Assembly (NCBI RefSeq): GCF_001194135.2
Contig: NC_068984.1
Location: 119,108,285-119,172,284 of the forward strand
Origin: Octopus bimaculoides
Lineage: Eukaryota
Length of the DNA: 64,000 nt
Direction of reading: 5' to 3'
Shown here: piece after piece, positions 12,201-24,700 of the stretch
How positions within the stretch are numbered: the first letter of the stretch is position 1
Layout: each line of letters opens with the position of its first letter
Made by a program: the position numbers and the translations under genes
The notes under the pieces: generated by a model
Databases searched by the model: none
Told to the model about the DNA's origin: nothing
The model's input: only the letters and a program-made list of their open reading frames with translations

Positions 12201-13300
12201 GTCGCTGTATGGTAAGAAGTTTGCTTCCCAACCATATGGTTCCAGGTTCAGTCCTTCAGTGTGGAACCTTGAGTAAGTGCCTTTTGTTATAGCCTTGAGA
12301 TGACCAAAACTTTATGAGTAGATTTAGTTGATGGAAACTGAAAAAACTGTTGTGTGTGTGTGTGTGTATGTGTTCAACCACACCACAACTAAACAACTGG
12401 TGTTGGTTTGTTTACTTGCCTGTAACTTAGCAGTTTAGCAAAAGAGACTGCTAGAATAAGTACTAGGTTTTAAAAAAAAAAACAAGTACTGGGGTCAATC
12501 CATTTGACTAAAAATTCTTCAAGGTGGTGCCACAGTCTAATGACTGAAACAAGTACAAGCTAGAAGATAAAAGATTTTTCCTTATATTTATAAATTTCTT
12601 TAATTATCTCTTTCAGAGACTGATGGGACACATACATTCCATGAATCTAACCTAAAATCTTAGTGAGAGATATATGCCTCCTAAAAGCCATTGTGGTTAA
12701 GAAACTTTCTTTGCAACCATATAGTTTCAAGTTCAGTCCCACTGTGTGACACCTTGGGCAAGTGCCATCTACTATAGCCCTGGACTGACCAATGCCTTGT
12801 GAATGAATTTGGTAGATGGAAACTGTATGGAAGCTCATCATATGTATGTATGTATGTATGTTTGTGTGAGTGTGTATATATGTATGTATGGATGTATGTA
12901 TGTGTGTATGTGTGAGTATGTATGTGTGTGTGACGCATGTATGTGTGTGTGACGTATGTATGTATGTGTGATGTATGTAGGTATATATGTATGTATGTAT
13001 GTAAAGCATGTGTAATGTATGTATTTGTTGCATGTATGCATATGTGTATGTGTGTGCACGCACACGTGTACATGTGTATATTTGTATTTGCATACTTCCC
13101 ACCACTGCTTGACAACCAGTGTTGGTTTGTTTATGTCCCTGTTACTTAGCAATTCAGCAAAAGATACCAATGGAATAAATACCAGACTTCAAAAAAAAAA
13201 TAATCATAAATAAAATATGTACTGAGGATGATTTGTTCAATTAAAACCCTTCAAGACATCACCCTAGCTGGCTGTAGTCTAATGAATAAACAAACTAAAG
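12201..13300 (+). mobile_element. Two tandem SINE-A copies (12201-12574, 12680-13300), the second with an expanded (TATG/TG)n core
   Basis: Homology to 638-1026. Confidence 0.75.
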
Positions 13301-13717
13301 GTATGAAAGATATCAATGCAAATTTGACTTTATTTTTATAGCTTATAGAGCTGTGACATTGTCTTTTGATAAGTGACAATAATGAAGGCAGTCAGAACCT
13401 GTTGCCCCAGATTTGTATGAGAGAGGTTATGTTTACAGTTCTCTTTAGAAATTGCTCTATTTTATCTTATATCTTTTATTTTTTACTTGTTTCAGTCATT
13501 AGACTGTGGCCATGCTGGAGTACTGCCTTGAAGGGTTTTAGTCAAACGAATCAACTCCACAACTGGTTTTTTTTTACCTAGGCCTAGTACTTATTCTATA
13601 GGTGTCTGTTGCTGAACTGCCAAGTTACAGCAAGGTAAACGCACCAACACTGGTTGTCAAGTGGTGGGGCAATGAGGACAAGCTCAAGCACACAGACACA
13701 CACACATAGATATATAC

Positions 13718-13985
13718 ATCATTGTTATCATCATTTTAACATTCATTATCCATGGTGGGATGGGTTGGATGGTTTGACCATGGCTTGTAAGCTGGGGAGA
13801 TACATGAGACTCTAGTCTGATTTGGCATGTTTTCTATGGCTGGATGCCCTTTCTAATGCCAAACACTTTACAGAGTGAGCTGGGTGCTTTTACATGGCAC
13901 TGCACAGGTGTTTTTTACATGGCGCCACTCAGGTACTTTTATATGACACTGCATGGGTGCTTTTATGTGGCACTGCATGAGCATT
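13718..13985 (-). mobile_element. Older RTE 3'-UTR variant nested in a SINE-A copy
   Basis: catcattttaacattcattatccatgg...ggctggatgcccttctaatgcc, between SINE-A halves 13484-13710 and 13988-14150. Confidence 0.7.
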
Positions 13986-15106
13986 TACAATGGATTTCTT
14001 CCAGTTTTCATCTACCAAATCCATTGACAAGGCTTTGGTTGGCCCGGAGCTATAGTAGAAGACACTTTCCCAAGGTGCCACGTAGTGGGACTGAACTCAG
14101 AACCATGTGGTTGGGAAGCAAATTTCTTACCACACAGTCACACCTATGCCTATTTTGTTCACTGAAGTAAATTTAGTACTCTCGTTTTATTACATAGCTC
14201 GCCATTTACATATATTTGTTTGGTTTGTATAGTACTACAGAAGAATGTTTAGTTGTTCTTTTGTGGATTTCTTGTGAATATTTATTCAGGGAAATTACAA
14301 CTCTGGGACAACACTGTCATAGCAGGCATGTCGCATTACTATATAAACACACACAAAAAAAATTTTTAACCTCAACAAATAGTTTATGTTTAGAAATTTG
14401 TATTTTTTTAAGTCAGACCTGAAACAGTTATGCTAGTTTAAACTGAGATCAACCACACTTATTTTCCTTCAGTTTTTTGGGGGATTGTAAGGTTAACAGA
14501 TGTAACAGCTACGGTTTCTCCATAACATAAAACTGCATTAAAAACATGTTCAAACTCATATACAATCTTTGTACTTTCCAAGGAATCTTCTGAAAAATTT
14601 GGCTAAGATTTAATAAGTACCAAATGCAAAGACAATTTTTAATATTCTAAGAGCTCCTTCCATCATTATGCAATATAATTAAAAAAAGTACAATTTTTAA
14701 AATATTTTATAATAGATTTAGTAGGTTATGTAATTATGATTACTATTACAATAAACATTTTACAAGAGAAATGAAAATAAATAAGTGTATTTTTGTTTTT
14801 ATAATGCATAAATTTCAAATAATTATATTTGCTTGTATTTTTTATTGTAAAACATAAAGGAAATTTATAAAGAGTATGAGAAATACTTCAAACATGCTAT
14901 CATTCTAGAAGTGATGTTGATGAAGAGAGGTATCTTCAAAATCTTCATCTCAAGACTTTCACCTATGCCAGCCATAATTTTTTGTCAAACAAATTGACCA
15001 AATATTGCGTATAACAGAATTCATTTCCAGACATTATTTTCTTCCTGTCCTGTAAATTTTTACCTTTTGAGTGTTAATTTACTCATGATTGAGAATTGCT
15101 GGTATA

Positions 15107-15299
15107 TCTATAATAATAAATGCAAAATTCTGTCTGTCAGTCTGAGACCCCTGCATCTCAGTCTACATTAGCTCTACAAAGACATATTATACCTTTTTCG
15201 AATCAGGATGATCCCAGGATTGAAAATCTGCTCTTCAACTGGTTCTTGAACACCCAGCATTGGGATCTGATTTAAAAGCATTTGGGTTACTATTTCTAG
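15107..15299 (+). mobile_element. Possible non-autonomous Helitron
   Basis: A|TCTATAATAATAAATGC...ctgtctgtc 5' end, small ccca-gcat-tggg hairpin, CTAG at 15296-15299 (followed by C, not the expected T). Confidence 0.35.
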
Positions 15300-16136
15300 C
15301 AGGTAAAGCTTGGCTGATTCACATCCTCTTGGTTGGTGTTTATCAGATGACATTAGAGATCAAGGGCGAGATAAATGACATTTACTTCATTCATTTTATG
15401 TCAAGCTAAGAACTTTGGGACAAATTGGCCAACAGTTGGAATTCAAATTCTGACTGGAATTTTACCTATTCCTCCTGTCTGTAATGATTGCATTACAGAA
15501 TTAATTCTCATCCATCCTTAACCTCTGACCAAACACCATTGGGGCATATAGTCATTATAGATGTATTATAGTCATGCTATTTAGCTCTCTTTAGCTTTGG
15601 ACCCAGACCCAATTAGCCCTCCACATGAGCTAGCTTAAATTTCGCAAAGAGTGTTGCTTTTAAGCTAGTATTCAATAAATTTGGGAAAATAATCTAGTAT
15701 TTAAAGGGATTTAGCAAAATAACTAACTTGTTTATTATTAGCTATTGTTTGAAACATAACTTAGTTCTTACATAAAATACACTTAGTTTAATATATACAC
15801 TTAGTTTAAATGCACTTAGTTTAAATATATACACTTAGTTTAAATGTGAACACTCTGAAGCAGGATGTTTTCTATTATAGAAACAAATGTAATTTGGTAT
15901 CACAAAGGTTAAATGATATTATGACTTCCAAGTTTAAATTTTACTTTTTCCTTTTATGTTCTTTTTTCTGAAAAAAAAAGAAAAGAAAAAAGAAAAAGGA
16001 AGAACTCTGAAGAGTTGATGTTGAANNNNNNNNNNTTTTCCTAAAAACACTTGAGTAAAATTTAGAGCTAGTCTGAGGTATATATGGAACAAACTTCAAA
16101 TTTACCATTATTTTTTTAATATGTAGGCATGCAGAT

Positions 16137-16800
16137 AAGGCAGTGGGCTAGCAGAATTGTTAGCACATCAGGTAAAATGCTTAGTAGCATTTTGTCCATC
16201 TTCACATTCTGAGTTTAAATTCCACTGAGGTCAACTTTGCCTTTCATCCTTTTGGGGTTGATAAAATAAGCAGCAGTCAAACACTGGAGTCAATGTAATT
16301 GACTTAACCACTTCTCTGAAATTGCTGGCCTTGTGCCAAAATCTGAAATCAATATGTAGGTATACAAAGGCAGCAAGCTGGCAGAAACATTAGCAGACCA
16401 GGCAAAATGCTTAGCGGTATTTCATCTGCCACTACGTTCTGTGTTCAAATTCCGCTGGGGTCGACTTTGCCTTTCATCCTTTCGGGGTCGATTAAATAAG
16501 TACCAGTTACGCACTGAGGTTGATATAATCGACTTAATCCATTTGTCTGTCCTTGTTTGTCCCCTCTGTGTGTAGCCCCTTGTGGGTAATAAAGAAATAA
16601 GAAACATTAGCATGCTGGGTGAAATACTTAGCGGTATTTCATCTGTCTTTACATTCTGAGTTCAAATTCTGCCGAGGTCGACTTTGCCTTTTATCCGTTC
16701 AGGGTTGATAAATTAAGTACCAGTTGCATACTGAGGTCGATCAAATGAACTGGTCCCCTCCCCAAAAATTCTGGGCCTTGTGCCTTGAGTAGAAAAGAAT
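16137..16800 (+). mobile_element. Three head-to-tail SINE-B copies
   Basis: Copies at 16137-16350, 16367-16600 and about 16600-16800, with a recurring flanking sequence aatatgtagg(t/c)at.ca..aagg. Confidence 0.85.
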
Positions 16801-17095
16801 ATGTAGGTATACAGATAAGGTATATTGTAATTTTAGTTTTTTCATCTCATTCTTTAAGAGATCAACTATTTTTTATCTTGTTTTTGTTTTTCTACAAAGT
16901 CAAACAGATGAATTTCCGTTTGCAATGCATACCCACTGGACCTTCTGCGTTGGATGTAGATCTGTTTGTCACAAGATACGTGTCAGATGACTGTGCTCAG
17001 GTTGTTTTATGAAAAGAAACCACACTTATGTCCATCTAAGTTGAAAATTTCACATGAAGTTAAATGATTATCCACTGATAACATATATGTATACG

Positions 17096-17258
17096 CACTA
17101 GTGTAGCTAGAGTGTGTGCCACCCAGGGTGGCCCTTCAATTTTCCACCCTGGATCCCACAAAAAACACATATTGCCTACAGCAATAGCCTACAACAGGAT
17201 TAAAAGTGCCACCCCTTTAAAAGGACCACCCCTGCCATTCCCACTAGCTACACTAGTG
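17096..17258. mobile_element. Small MITE with perfect 15-bp TIRs (hAT-like)
   Basis: cactagtgtagctag (17096-17110) and ctagctacactagtg (17244-17258). Confidence 0.7.
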
Positions 17259-18967
17259 TGTATATGTACAACAGGTGATACTCAAGAGTTACTTATATTT
17301 TACAATGTTAATCTGCATGAAATATGGAACAGAAATGAAATGTGATAGCAATTAAGAGGCATTAAATGCAGCAGCTAATATGTGCAGGAGATCTGTAGGC
17401 ATTGGTAAGGACATATGATTGAAAGAGACAATACTTGCTGGGTAAAAGAAAAAAAACAACCTGCCCAGTCCTGCTAATGGGAAAGATACAGGAAGAGGTA
17501 ATGAACTTTGGCTTCAGAGTTGAGATGAAACAGGAATTGAATGAATTTTAATCTACTTTTTTCAAACTGATGTGATCAATACAAAAGGTGGTGGACTGAC
17601 AGAACTGTTCATATCAGACAAAATAATATGTGGTATTTAGTTATGGTGCTTTGTACTCAAATCCTGCTGAGATAAACTTTGTTATCATCCTTCTGGAGTT
17701 AATAAAAGTAGCAGTCTGGAATCAATATGATAGACTTCAAGCTTATGGACAGTCTGTTCAGATCAGAAATAGATAGTTGTAGCACTATTTTCAGACAGTG
17801 TCTGAAAATGTTATGAGAATATGCAAAATGATATGAGGATATACAACGTGAATGCCTGCTGGCATTATATTGTCAAAGATAAAATGTGGAGAAACAGAAA
17901 AAATTGCAGAAATATCTATTTAAATGATAGTTATAATGAAGATTATAATCTCTCAATAATTTTTTTTGTTTTTTCTCTACATCCAAATTTTTTTGTGTCA
18001 TATCTATCTGTTTAATACATCTTTATCATGCTTAAACTACAACCTTGACTGTGCTAGACTTGCTAGAAATAGTAGCCAAATATCATTCAAATCACATCCT
18101 ACCATCTTTAAAAGAAAAGACACATTAGATAATCTTAGATACTCCTAAACATACAGGATCCATATAGCTGGAATGTTCATGATCATAGGTATGCTCTATC
18201 AGGATTGACCTGGCACTAAAACAACAACAACTATAATAACTATACTTCTGGTGAGTAACAGTCAATAGTGTTTTACCATTATATTGTACAATTAATATTT
18301 GAAGATGGAACTGATATACAAAACACTGACAATAACAGCTGTCAAATAATTTAGTTAATTATCAATATGGCTGGGGGGAAAGTACCTCAGGGGAATGTTG
18401 TGAAAACTAAATACACACAAGGTAAGATCTTGCATATGTAATATACTGAGTTAAAAAAAAAAAAAACTCAATTAATTGAGATTACTCAATGCTGCCAATA
18501 AGCAAAAACTTCCTCTAAGGGGTGTTTAAAATTTAAAAACAGCTAGCAAGGGAAATAACTCCAATAAAATCAACCAACAGAAGTTTCTGGAAAAGAAATC
18601 AGATGCAGATGGGAATGGATCTTATCCTTAAATTTGGCTAATTACTTGACTAATACTATAACAAAGTGAAGGCATACAGCTTCATGGTTAGGATGTTTGG
18701 CTCATAGTCACAATGTAATGAGTTCAATTCCTGACCAGTAATGTGTTGTTCCAGTCTATTCAGCTAAAAATGAGTACCAGCCTTGTACTAGCACAGCCCT
18801 CTCCTTCCAGTAGTTACATCCTAGATGTGCCTGTGAGTCAAAGGAATTAGAGAATTGAAAGGGTGTCCATGTCTGCTTAAGACTACATAAGTATATCTTT
18901 ATACAACTGCCATCATTCATATACAATGCATACCATGATCCATGATTTGTGGTGGAACAGGGACAGC

Positions 18968-19135
18968 TTGGTGAATAGGGACAATAAAAGAAAATTAAGA
19001 TACTAATGTCAGTATAGTAAGAGCTCTACCATTAAGGGGCATAAGATCATTCAGAAGGCCAGAGCTCTTATCATGCTGACACGCTGATATTAGTTAGCAT
19101 TTAAAATTTTTTTTTTTTGTCCCTATTCTCCCCAA
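18968..19135. repeat. Imperfect foldback palindrome (about 170 bp)
   Basis: ggtgaatagggacaa/ttgtccctattctcc, actaatgtcag/ctgatattagt, taagagctct/agagctctta. Confidence 0.75.
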
Positions 19136-19666
19136 ATCGCAGTAACCATACCAGATTAATCTTTGTCTTGCACATTACACCTGATACCTCTTACAGTATC
19201 CAGTTTTACTATCAACTCATTTTTACACAGTCATTCATGCACACTGATATTAAACATCTAGTCGAACATGTTTGTTTTATTTCTTTCCCATTTTTGCGAA
19301 TTCCAATGAGAATTCCAATGGCTCAGAAGCCACAAAGTGAGCTCACTCACTAATTCATCTTTGCTTCAATAGCAGTGACCAGCATACCGTATCCTCCACT
19401 CTTGAATGATTATTCTTTTATTCTTTTACATGTTTCAGTCATTTAACTGTGGCCATGCTGGAGCACTGCCTTAAAGGGCTTTAGTCCAAGAAATCGACCC
19501 CAAGATTTATTCTTTGTAAACCTAGTACTTATTCTATTGGTATCTTTTGCAGAACTGCTAAGTTACGGGGACATAAACAGTCCAACATCAGTTGTCAAGC
19601 GATAGTGGGGGAACAAACACAGACATAAAGACACACACACATAAATACATACATACATATATATAT

Positions 19667-19898
19667 ATCATCATCATCGTTTAACGTCCGCTTTCCATGC
19701 TAGCATGGGTTGGATGATTTGACTGAGGACTGGTGAAACCGGATGGCTACACCAGCCTCCAATCTGATTTGGCAGAGTTTCTACAGCTGGATGCCCTTCC
19801 TAACGCCAACCACTCAGAGAGTGTAGTGGGTGCTTTTACGTGTCACCCGCACAAAGGCCAGTCAGGCGGTACTGGCAACGGCCACGCTCAAAATGGTG
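19667..19898 (-). mobile_element. RTE 3'-UTR short insertion nested in a SINE-A copy
   Basis: catcatcatcgtttaacgtccgctttccatgctagcatgg... lies between the 3' half (19425-19650) and 5' half (19899-19982) of SINE-A. Confidence 0.88.
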
Positions 19899-20251
19899 TG
19901 GGCTTCCTTTCAGTTTCCATCTACTAGATCCACTCACAAGGCTTCAGTCAGCTTGAGGCTACAGTAGAAGACACTTGTCCAAGGCTGGATTGTAAAAAAA
20001 AAATGTTTTTCTTTTTACAACCCAGCTGTCCTTTCACATGGAATTTCATCTGTCTTTAAAGCAAAACTCTGAAGATACAAATGAATATGAATTGTTTATA
20101 AACCAAATAATGTATATAAGTCGAAACAAATTGTTGGCTATTTTGGTTTTTTAATGATTTTTTAATGTTATCTTATATTATATTATATTCGTAGTATATT
20201 ATGTTATAATATAAATAAATATTGGATTGTCAATTGAATCTCTCTATTTAA

Positions 20252-20257
20252 TTTATT
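20252..20257 (-). terminator. Candidate polyadenylation signal (AATAAA) for the PAP transcript
   Basis: AATAAA on the minus strand about 350 nt after the stop codon, followed by very AT-rich sequence. Not unique evidence. Confidence 0.35.
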
Positions 20258-20284
20258 GTTTTGTAATTTGCTGATGAATCATAA

Positions 20285-20457
20285 AAAAAAGAACTGACTC
20301 TGCTATGATTTTGAAGAATTCCTTTTTCATCCAATCAGGCAGAAGAAACTTCCAAATTATTCTTAATTTGTCCAGTGCACTCCATGCTTTTGCTATGTGA
20401 CTTGATGCGTTTTTTGCGGTGGATGAAATATCACTTCCAAGATAAGTAAAACATTTG
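20285..20457 (-). mobile_element. Old RTE-like LINE fragment in the putative PAP 3' UTR
   Basis: Minus frame FTYLGSDISSTAKNASSHIAKAWSALDKLRIIWK...KKEFFKIIAESVL matches the RTE F.YLGS...I.KAW...IWK segment. Confidence 0.7.
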
Positions 20458-20462
20458 CCTGC

Positions 20463-20542
20463 TCATACATACATACATACATACATACATACATACATAC
20501 ATACATACATGCATACATACATACATACATACGTACATACAT
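20463..20542. repeat. (ACAT)n microsatellite in the putative PAP 3' UTR
   Basis: Direct reading. One of many microsatellites; others include (CT)n 7853-7918, (TA)n 7548-7600 and 21680-21744, (ATT)n 38856-38911. Confidence 0.95.
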
Positions 20543-20608
20543 ATGTTTACTTGTAATAATGAAGGACAGTTAAAACAATGAATAAAGAGATATTTAATCT
20601 ACAATTCT

Positions 20609-20787
20609 TCAAGTTCGTGTAAGACGGAATTCATCCATCACAGCACTATTTTTACTTCTTATGTACTGAAAATGAAGAGCTTTTGGGAAAGCTTCCATGA
20701 TAACATGTCCAGTATCTTTGCCTTTAACGTAGAAAGCTCTCCATTTGGCTTTATTGTAGAAAGATTCATCATTTGGCTCAGGGTTAC
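20609..20787 (-). CDS. Purple acid phosphatase, terminal coding exon (GNPEPNDESFYNKAKWRAFYVKGKDTGHVIMEAFPKALHFQYIRSKNSAVMDEFRLTRT*)
   Basis: Minus-strand acceptor ttgttttacttccag| at 20788. Phase-1 splicing to 28284 rebuilds HLINGAGGNPE and a typical PAP C-terminal domain (W..., G, L+F+Y+, V+D+F+L). 179 nt, ending in TGA at 20611-20609, with no internal stop. Confidence 0.9.
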
Positions 20788-21676
20788 CTGGAAGTAAAAC
20801 AAGTAAATTATCATGAGACTGACTTGGTGTTAGTTATATTTCAGTCAGAGGAAACAAATAAGATCTCAAGCAAAAACATAAATAATAAACTTAAAAATAA
20901 AATCATTATAATTATAGAAAAGATAATTTAATTTTCATTGAAATCTAATAACTTGTCATTGACAGAAATATGTTTGTGCATACACATACACACTTAAAAA
21001 ACACACATTCACACAAACACATAGACACACATACACATGCACATATCCTGTATGTTGCATATGGCTAAGCTCATGGAGTACTGGACAAGCAGAAAGGCAA
21101 GATAGCTAAGGAATCTAGGAACATCCAGAAAGTTGCTCATTCTGCTAGAAACAGTAACCAAAACCTTGCCAAAATCTCACTAAAATCATGCCTATGTTTG
21201 CATATATATACATGCAGTTGTGTGTGTGTGTGTGTGTGTGTCTTTCTAGCATAGAGCAGGGATGACTATAGATCAAATGGGTACTCAGAATACATGTTGG
21301 GAAGAGTAGCAGTGTTTATTTGAAGCACAAGACCTTACAGAGTGCTCATCTGTTTCCTATTCATACGTGATTTGAGGAAGATATGCAGTAAAACAGGAAA
21401 CCTAAAGACAGTACATTACGCACTTAGATGGTCACCAGAATGCACAAACTCACAGACTAACAGGCATCTGCTGCTACATATGTACACATACACATTCTCT
21501 TACATATATATATGTACATACATGGATATGCATATATATATAGACACATACAAACATAGACATATGAGTCAAGTAATTGCTCAAGTTGACACCAGGCTCC
21601 AATCTAAATTTGGCAGAGTTTCTACAGCTGGATGCCCTTCCTAACACCAACCACTCATGTTTATATATATATACAT

Positions 21677-21748
<72 letters not shown>

Positions 21749-24700
21749 GTTTATATATATACACACACACACATAAATACATTACATATGTACAAACAAA
21801 TATAGTTACATAGGTAAGGAAGTAAACAGTTGAAAAACAGTTGTGGGCATAAGTATTTAAAAAGGTCAATACATAGGAATGCTTCTAAGTGTACTGGTGA
21901 AATGTCAAGAGAAGAATATAGAGACATATAACAAGAAACATAGGGGTGGCTGGAATTAATAAAATTAAAATTAAAAATGAAAGAAGAAAGAAGAGAGTAA
22001 TTGTGATCAGAAAAAAATAAAGAACTAGTTAAACGAAATGGGTTAACACAATAGAAATATAATTAAATTCTTCTCAAAAACAATAAAGAAAAACAACGAA
22101 TAAAAGTATTCAAAAATTGGTATTTTTAGGTTAATATGAAAATTGGGTGACCGGAAAGTGAGGTTCAAATGAAAAGAAGGGAAAAAGGTTAAATTGCTTT
22201 GAATGAGGTGGCAGCAAGGCTGATTTTAAGCCAATTAAATATATTTGTCTAAATTTGTCCCAGCGCCAAGAGAGGGCCCTGCACACATGCTGAAGTGGGG
22301 GATGCTAATATGGACTTTTAGCATTTTATTATGGTTAAAGGTGGAGCATGAAGCCCTCAATGCTTTTTGGTTGGGACTGGCATACTACACAAAGCATAAA
22401 ACATCAATGTTCAGCTTTTGTAGAGTAGAGGGCTCCACTGACAATTCTGTAATTAGGCCCCGCACTCCCTAGTGCTGGCCCTGCTTGGCAAGAACACATG
22501 AAACAAAGGCTGAATCAATCATTGTTCATTATTGAATGAAAATATGATTTATGTGCCTAAGCTACATAACCCTTTGCCTGTTCTTGGTGTCCATGTATAA
22601 CATATGATACACATTCCCAATTGTTTTCAACCGCCAGAGTAACTTACGATTTATGAAAGGCAAGCTTTATATTATTCAGAACATATGAAACAAAGACTGT
22701 CTGAAAGTCTGAAAACAAGCATGGATGTTTAGGATAAACTGATGAAAATGCTTTGGACAAGCAAAGGCTTAATTTGTAATAGGAGTTTTGGGCAAATTCA
22801 AAACACAAAGTTTCACTTCAGTGACCCACAATCACAGCACATATACAAGTTTGAAGGTCACTTTTTGAACTGATCTAGCAACACAAAAGATTACTTATTT
22901 GGTCTAGATAGGCCAATCATATAAGTCCACTTCACTCCTGTTCACTCTTCCATTTTATGAGTCATCTATCTTTCAACTGATAATTATAAAAGAGGGCAAA
23001 GATTGATCTTTTATTCGAGCAATCCCAAACCATTTTGCACCACAGACTGGTTTCAAGCAAGACAATTTTTCCACAATACAATACATATATATTACATATA
23101 TGTAAGTTACAGAGAAGGTCATAGCCCAACCAATTAGGGAGAGAGTTAGCCTAGATGAGATGCAGTTTGGTTTTGTGCCAGGTAGAAGCATCATGGGTGC
23201 TATATTTCTGGTAAGGCAACTGCAGGAGAAATATCTAGCCAAAGATAGACCTCTGCACTTGGCTTTTGTTGACCTGGAGAAAGCCTTTGACAGGGTCCCC
23301 TGATCTCTTATCTGGTGGTCAATGCGGAAACTGGGGATAGACAAGTGGTTGGTAAGAGCTGTACAAGCCCTGTAAAGGGATGCTGTCAGTAAGATGAGGG
23401 TTGGCAAAGAATATAGTGAAGAATTCCATGTAGAAGTAGGGGTTCACCAAGGATCAGCCCTCAGCCCCCTCTTGTTCATTATAGTCCTCCAGGTAATAAC
23501 AGGAATTCAAGACAGGCTACCCCTGGGAGCTCCTCTATGCTGATGACCTTGCTCTAATAGCTGAGTCACTGCCAGAACTAGAGACGAAGTTTAGGCTGTG
23601 GAGCAAGACCTAGAATCAAAGGGCCTTCGGATTAACCAAGCAAAAACTAAAATCTTAGTAAGTAGGAATGCTGTCAAATCACAAACCCCTTCAGGTAGAT
23701 GGCCCTGCTCGATCTGTAGAAAAGGCATGGGTAGAAACTCCATACGATGTACCCAGTGTAAACTATGGACACATAAAAGGTGCAGGAATATTATAGGAAG
23801 GTTAACCAGGAAGATAGTTTTTGTGTGTGGCAGATGCACAGGAGCAATAAACACTGAAGATGTACAGAAAACAGATTCCATCACATGCCAGGGGAAGATA
23901 CTAGAAGTAGTTAATAGCTTCTGCTACCTAAGCAACCAAGTCTGTAGTGGAGGTGGTCGCTCTGAGAGTGTAGGGGCTAGAATAAAAATAGCCTGGGCAA
24001 AGTTCAGGAAGCTCCGACCTCTGCTAGCAACTATGGGCCTCTCACTCAGGATGAAAGGTAGGCTGTATGATGCATGTGTGTGAACTGCCATGCTACACAG
24101 CAGTGAAACATGGGCCATGAATGCTGAGGACATGCGTAGGCTTGAAAGAAATGAAGCTAGTGTGATCCACTGGATGTGTAATATCAGTGTGCATACACGA
24201 CAGAGTGTAAATGCCTTCAGAGAAAAGTTGGGCGTGAGAAGTATGAAATGTGGTGTGCAAGAGAGATGACTGTGCTGGTATGGTCATGTGCTACATATGG
24301 ATGAGGTCAGCTGTGTGAGGAAATGCATGTCCAGCCCAGTTAAGTGCACCCCTGATGCATCAGGCGATATGGTATGCTTGAGGAGACCTGTTGAGTCAAG
24401 TAAAACCAATATTGTAGCTGTGGCCAGTGCTCCCTGACTGGCTCCTGTGCCAATGACATGTAAAATGCACCATCCAAACGTGGTCAATGCCAGGTCCGCC
24501 TGACTGGCTTCTCTGCCAGTGGCACATAAAAAGCACCCACTACACCGTCCAACCCATGCTAGCATGGAAAACAAACGTTAAACGATGTTGATGATGATGA
24601 TGATGATGATGATGATAAGGAATGAGTGCACGTACTAGGTTTGGTGGCAAGCAATAAGTGAAGGCATGCTACATACACATGCCAAGGTAGAGAGAAAAAG

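Noticed and set aside
14880-15050. Exon-like stretch (SDVDEERYLQNLHLKTF...)
   Set aside because: Short, ends in a stop, weak splice signals, no recognisable homology.
15780-15846. Four copies of cacttagttta
   Set aside because: Short slippage-type minisatellite with no further structure.
16908-17012. ATG ORF after a pyrimidine tract (MNFRLQCIPTGPS...)
   Set aside because: Only 34 codons, no donor or homology; could be an unclassified repeat.
23598-24083. Cys-rich CSIC/CTQC/CGRC ORF resembling a PHD zinc-finger gene
   Set aside because: Internal part of the RTE LINE ORF, flanked by stops and frameshifts.
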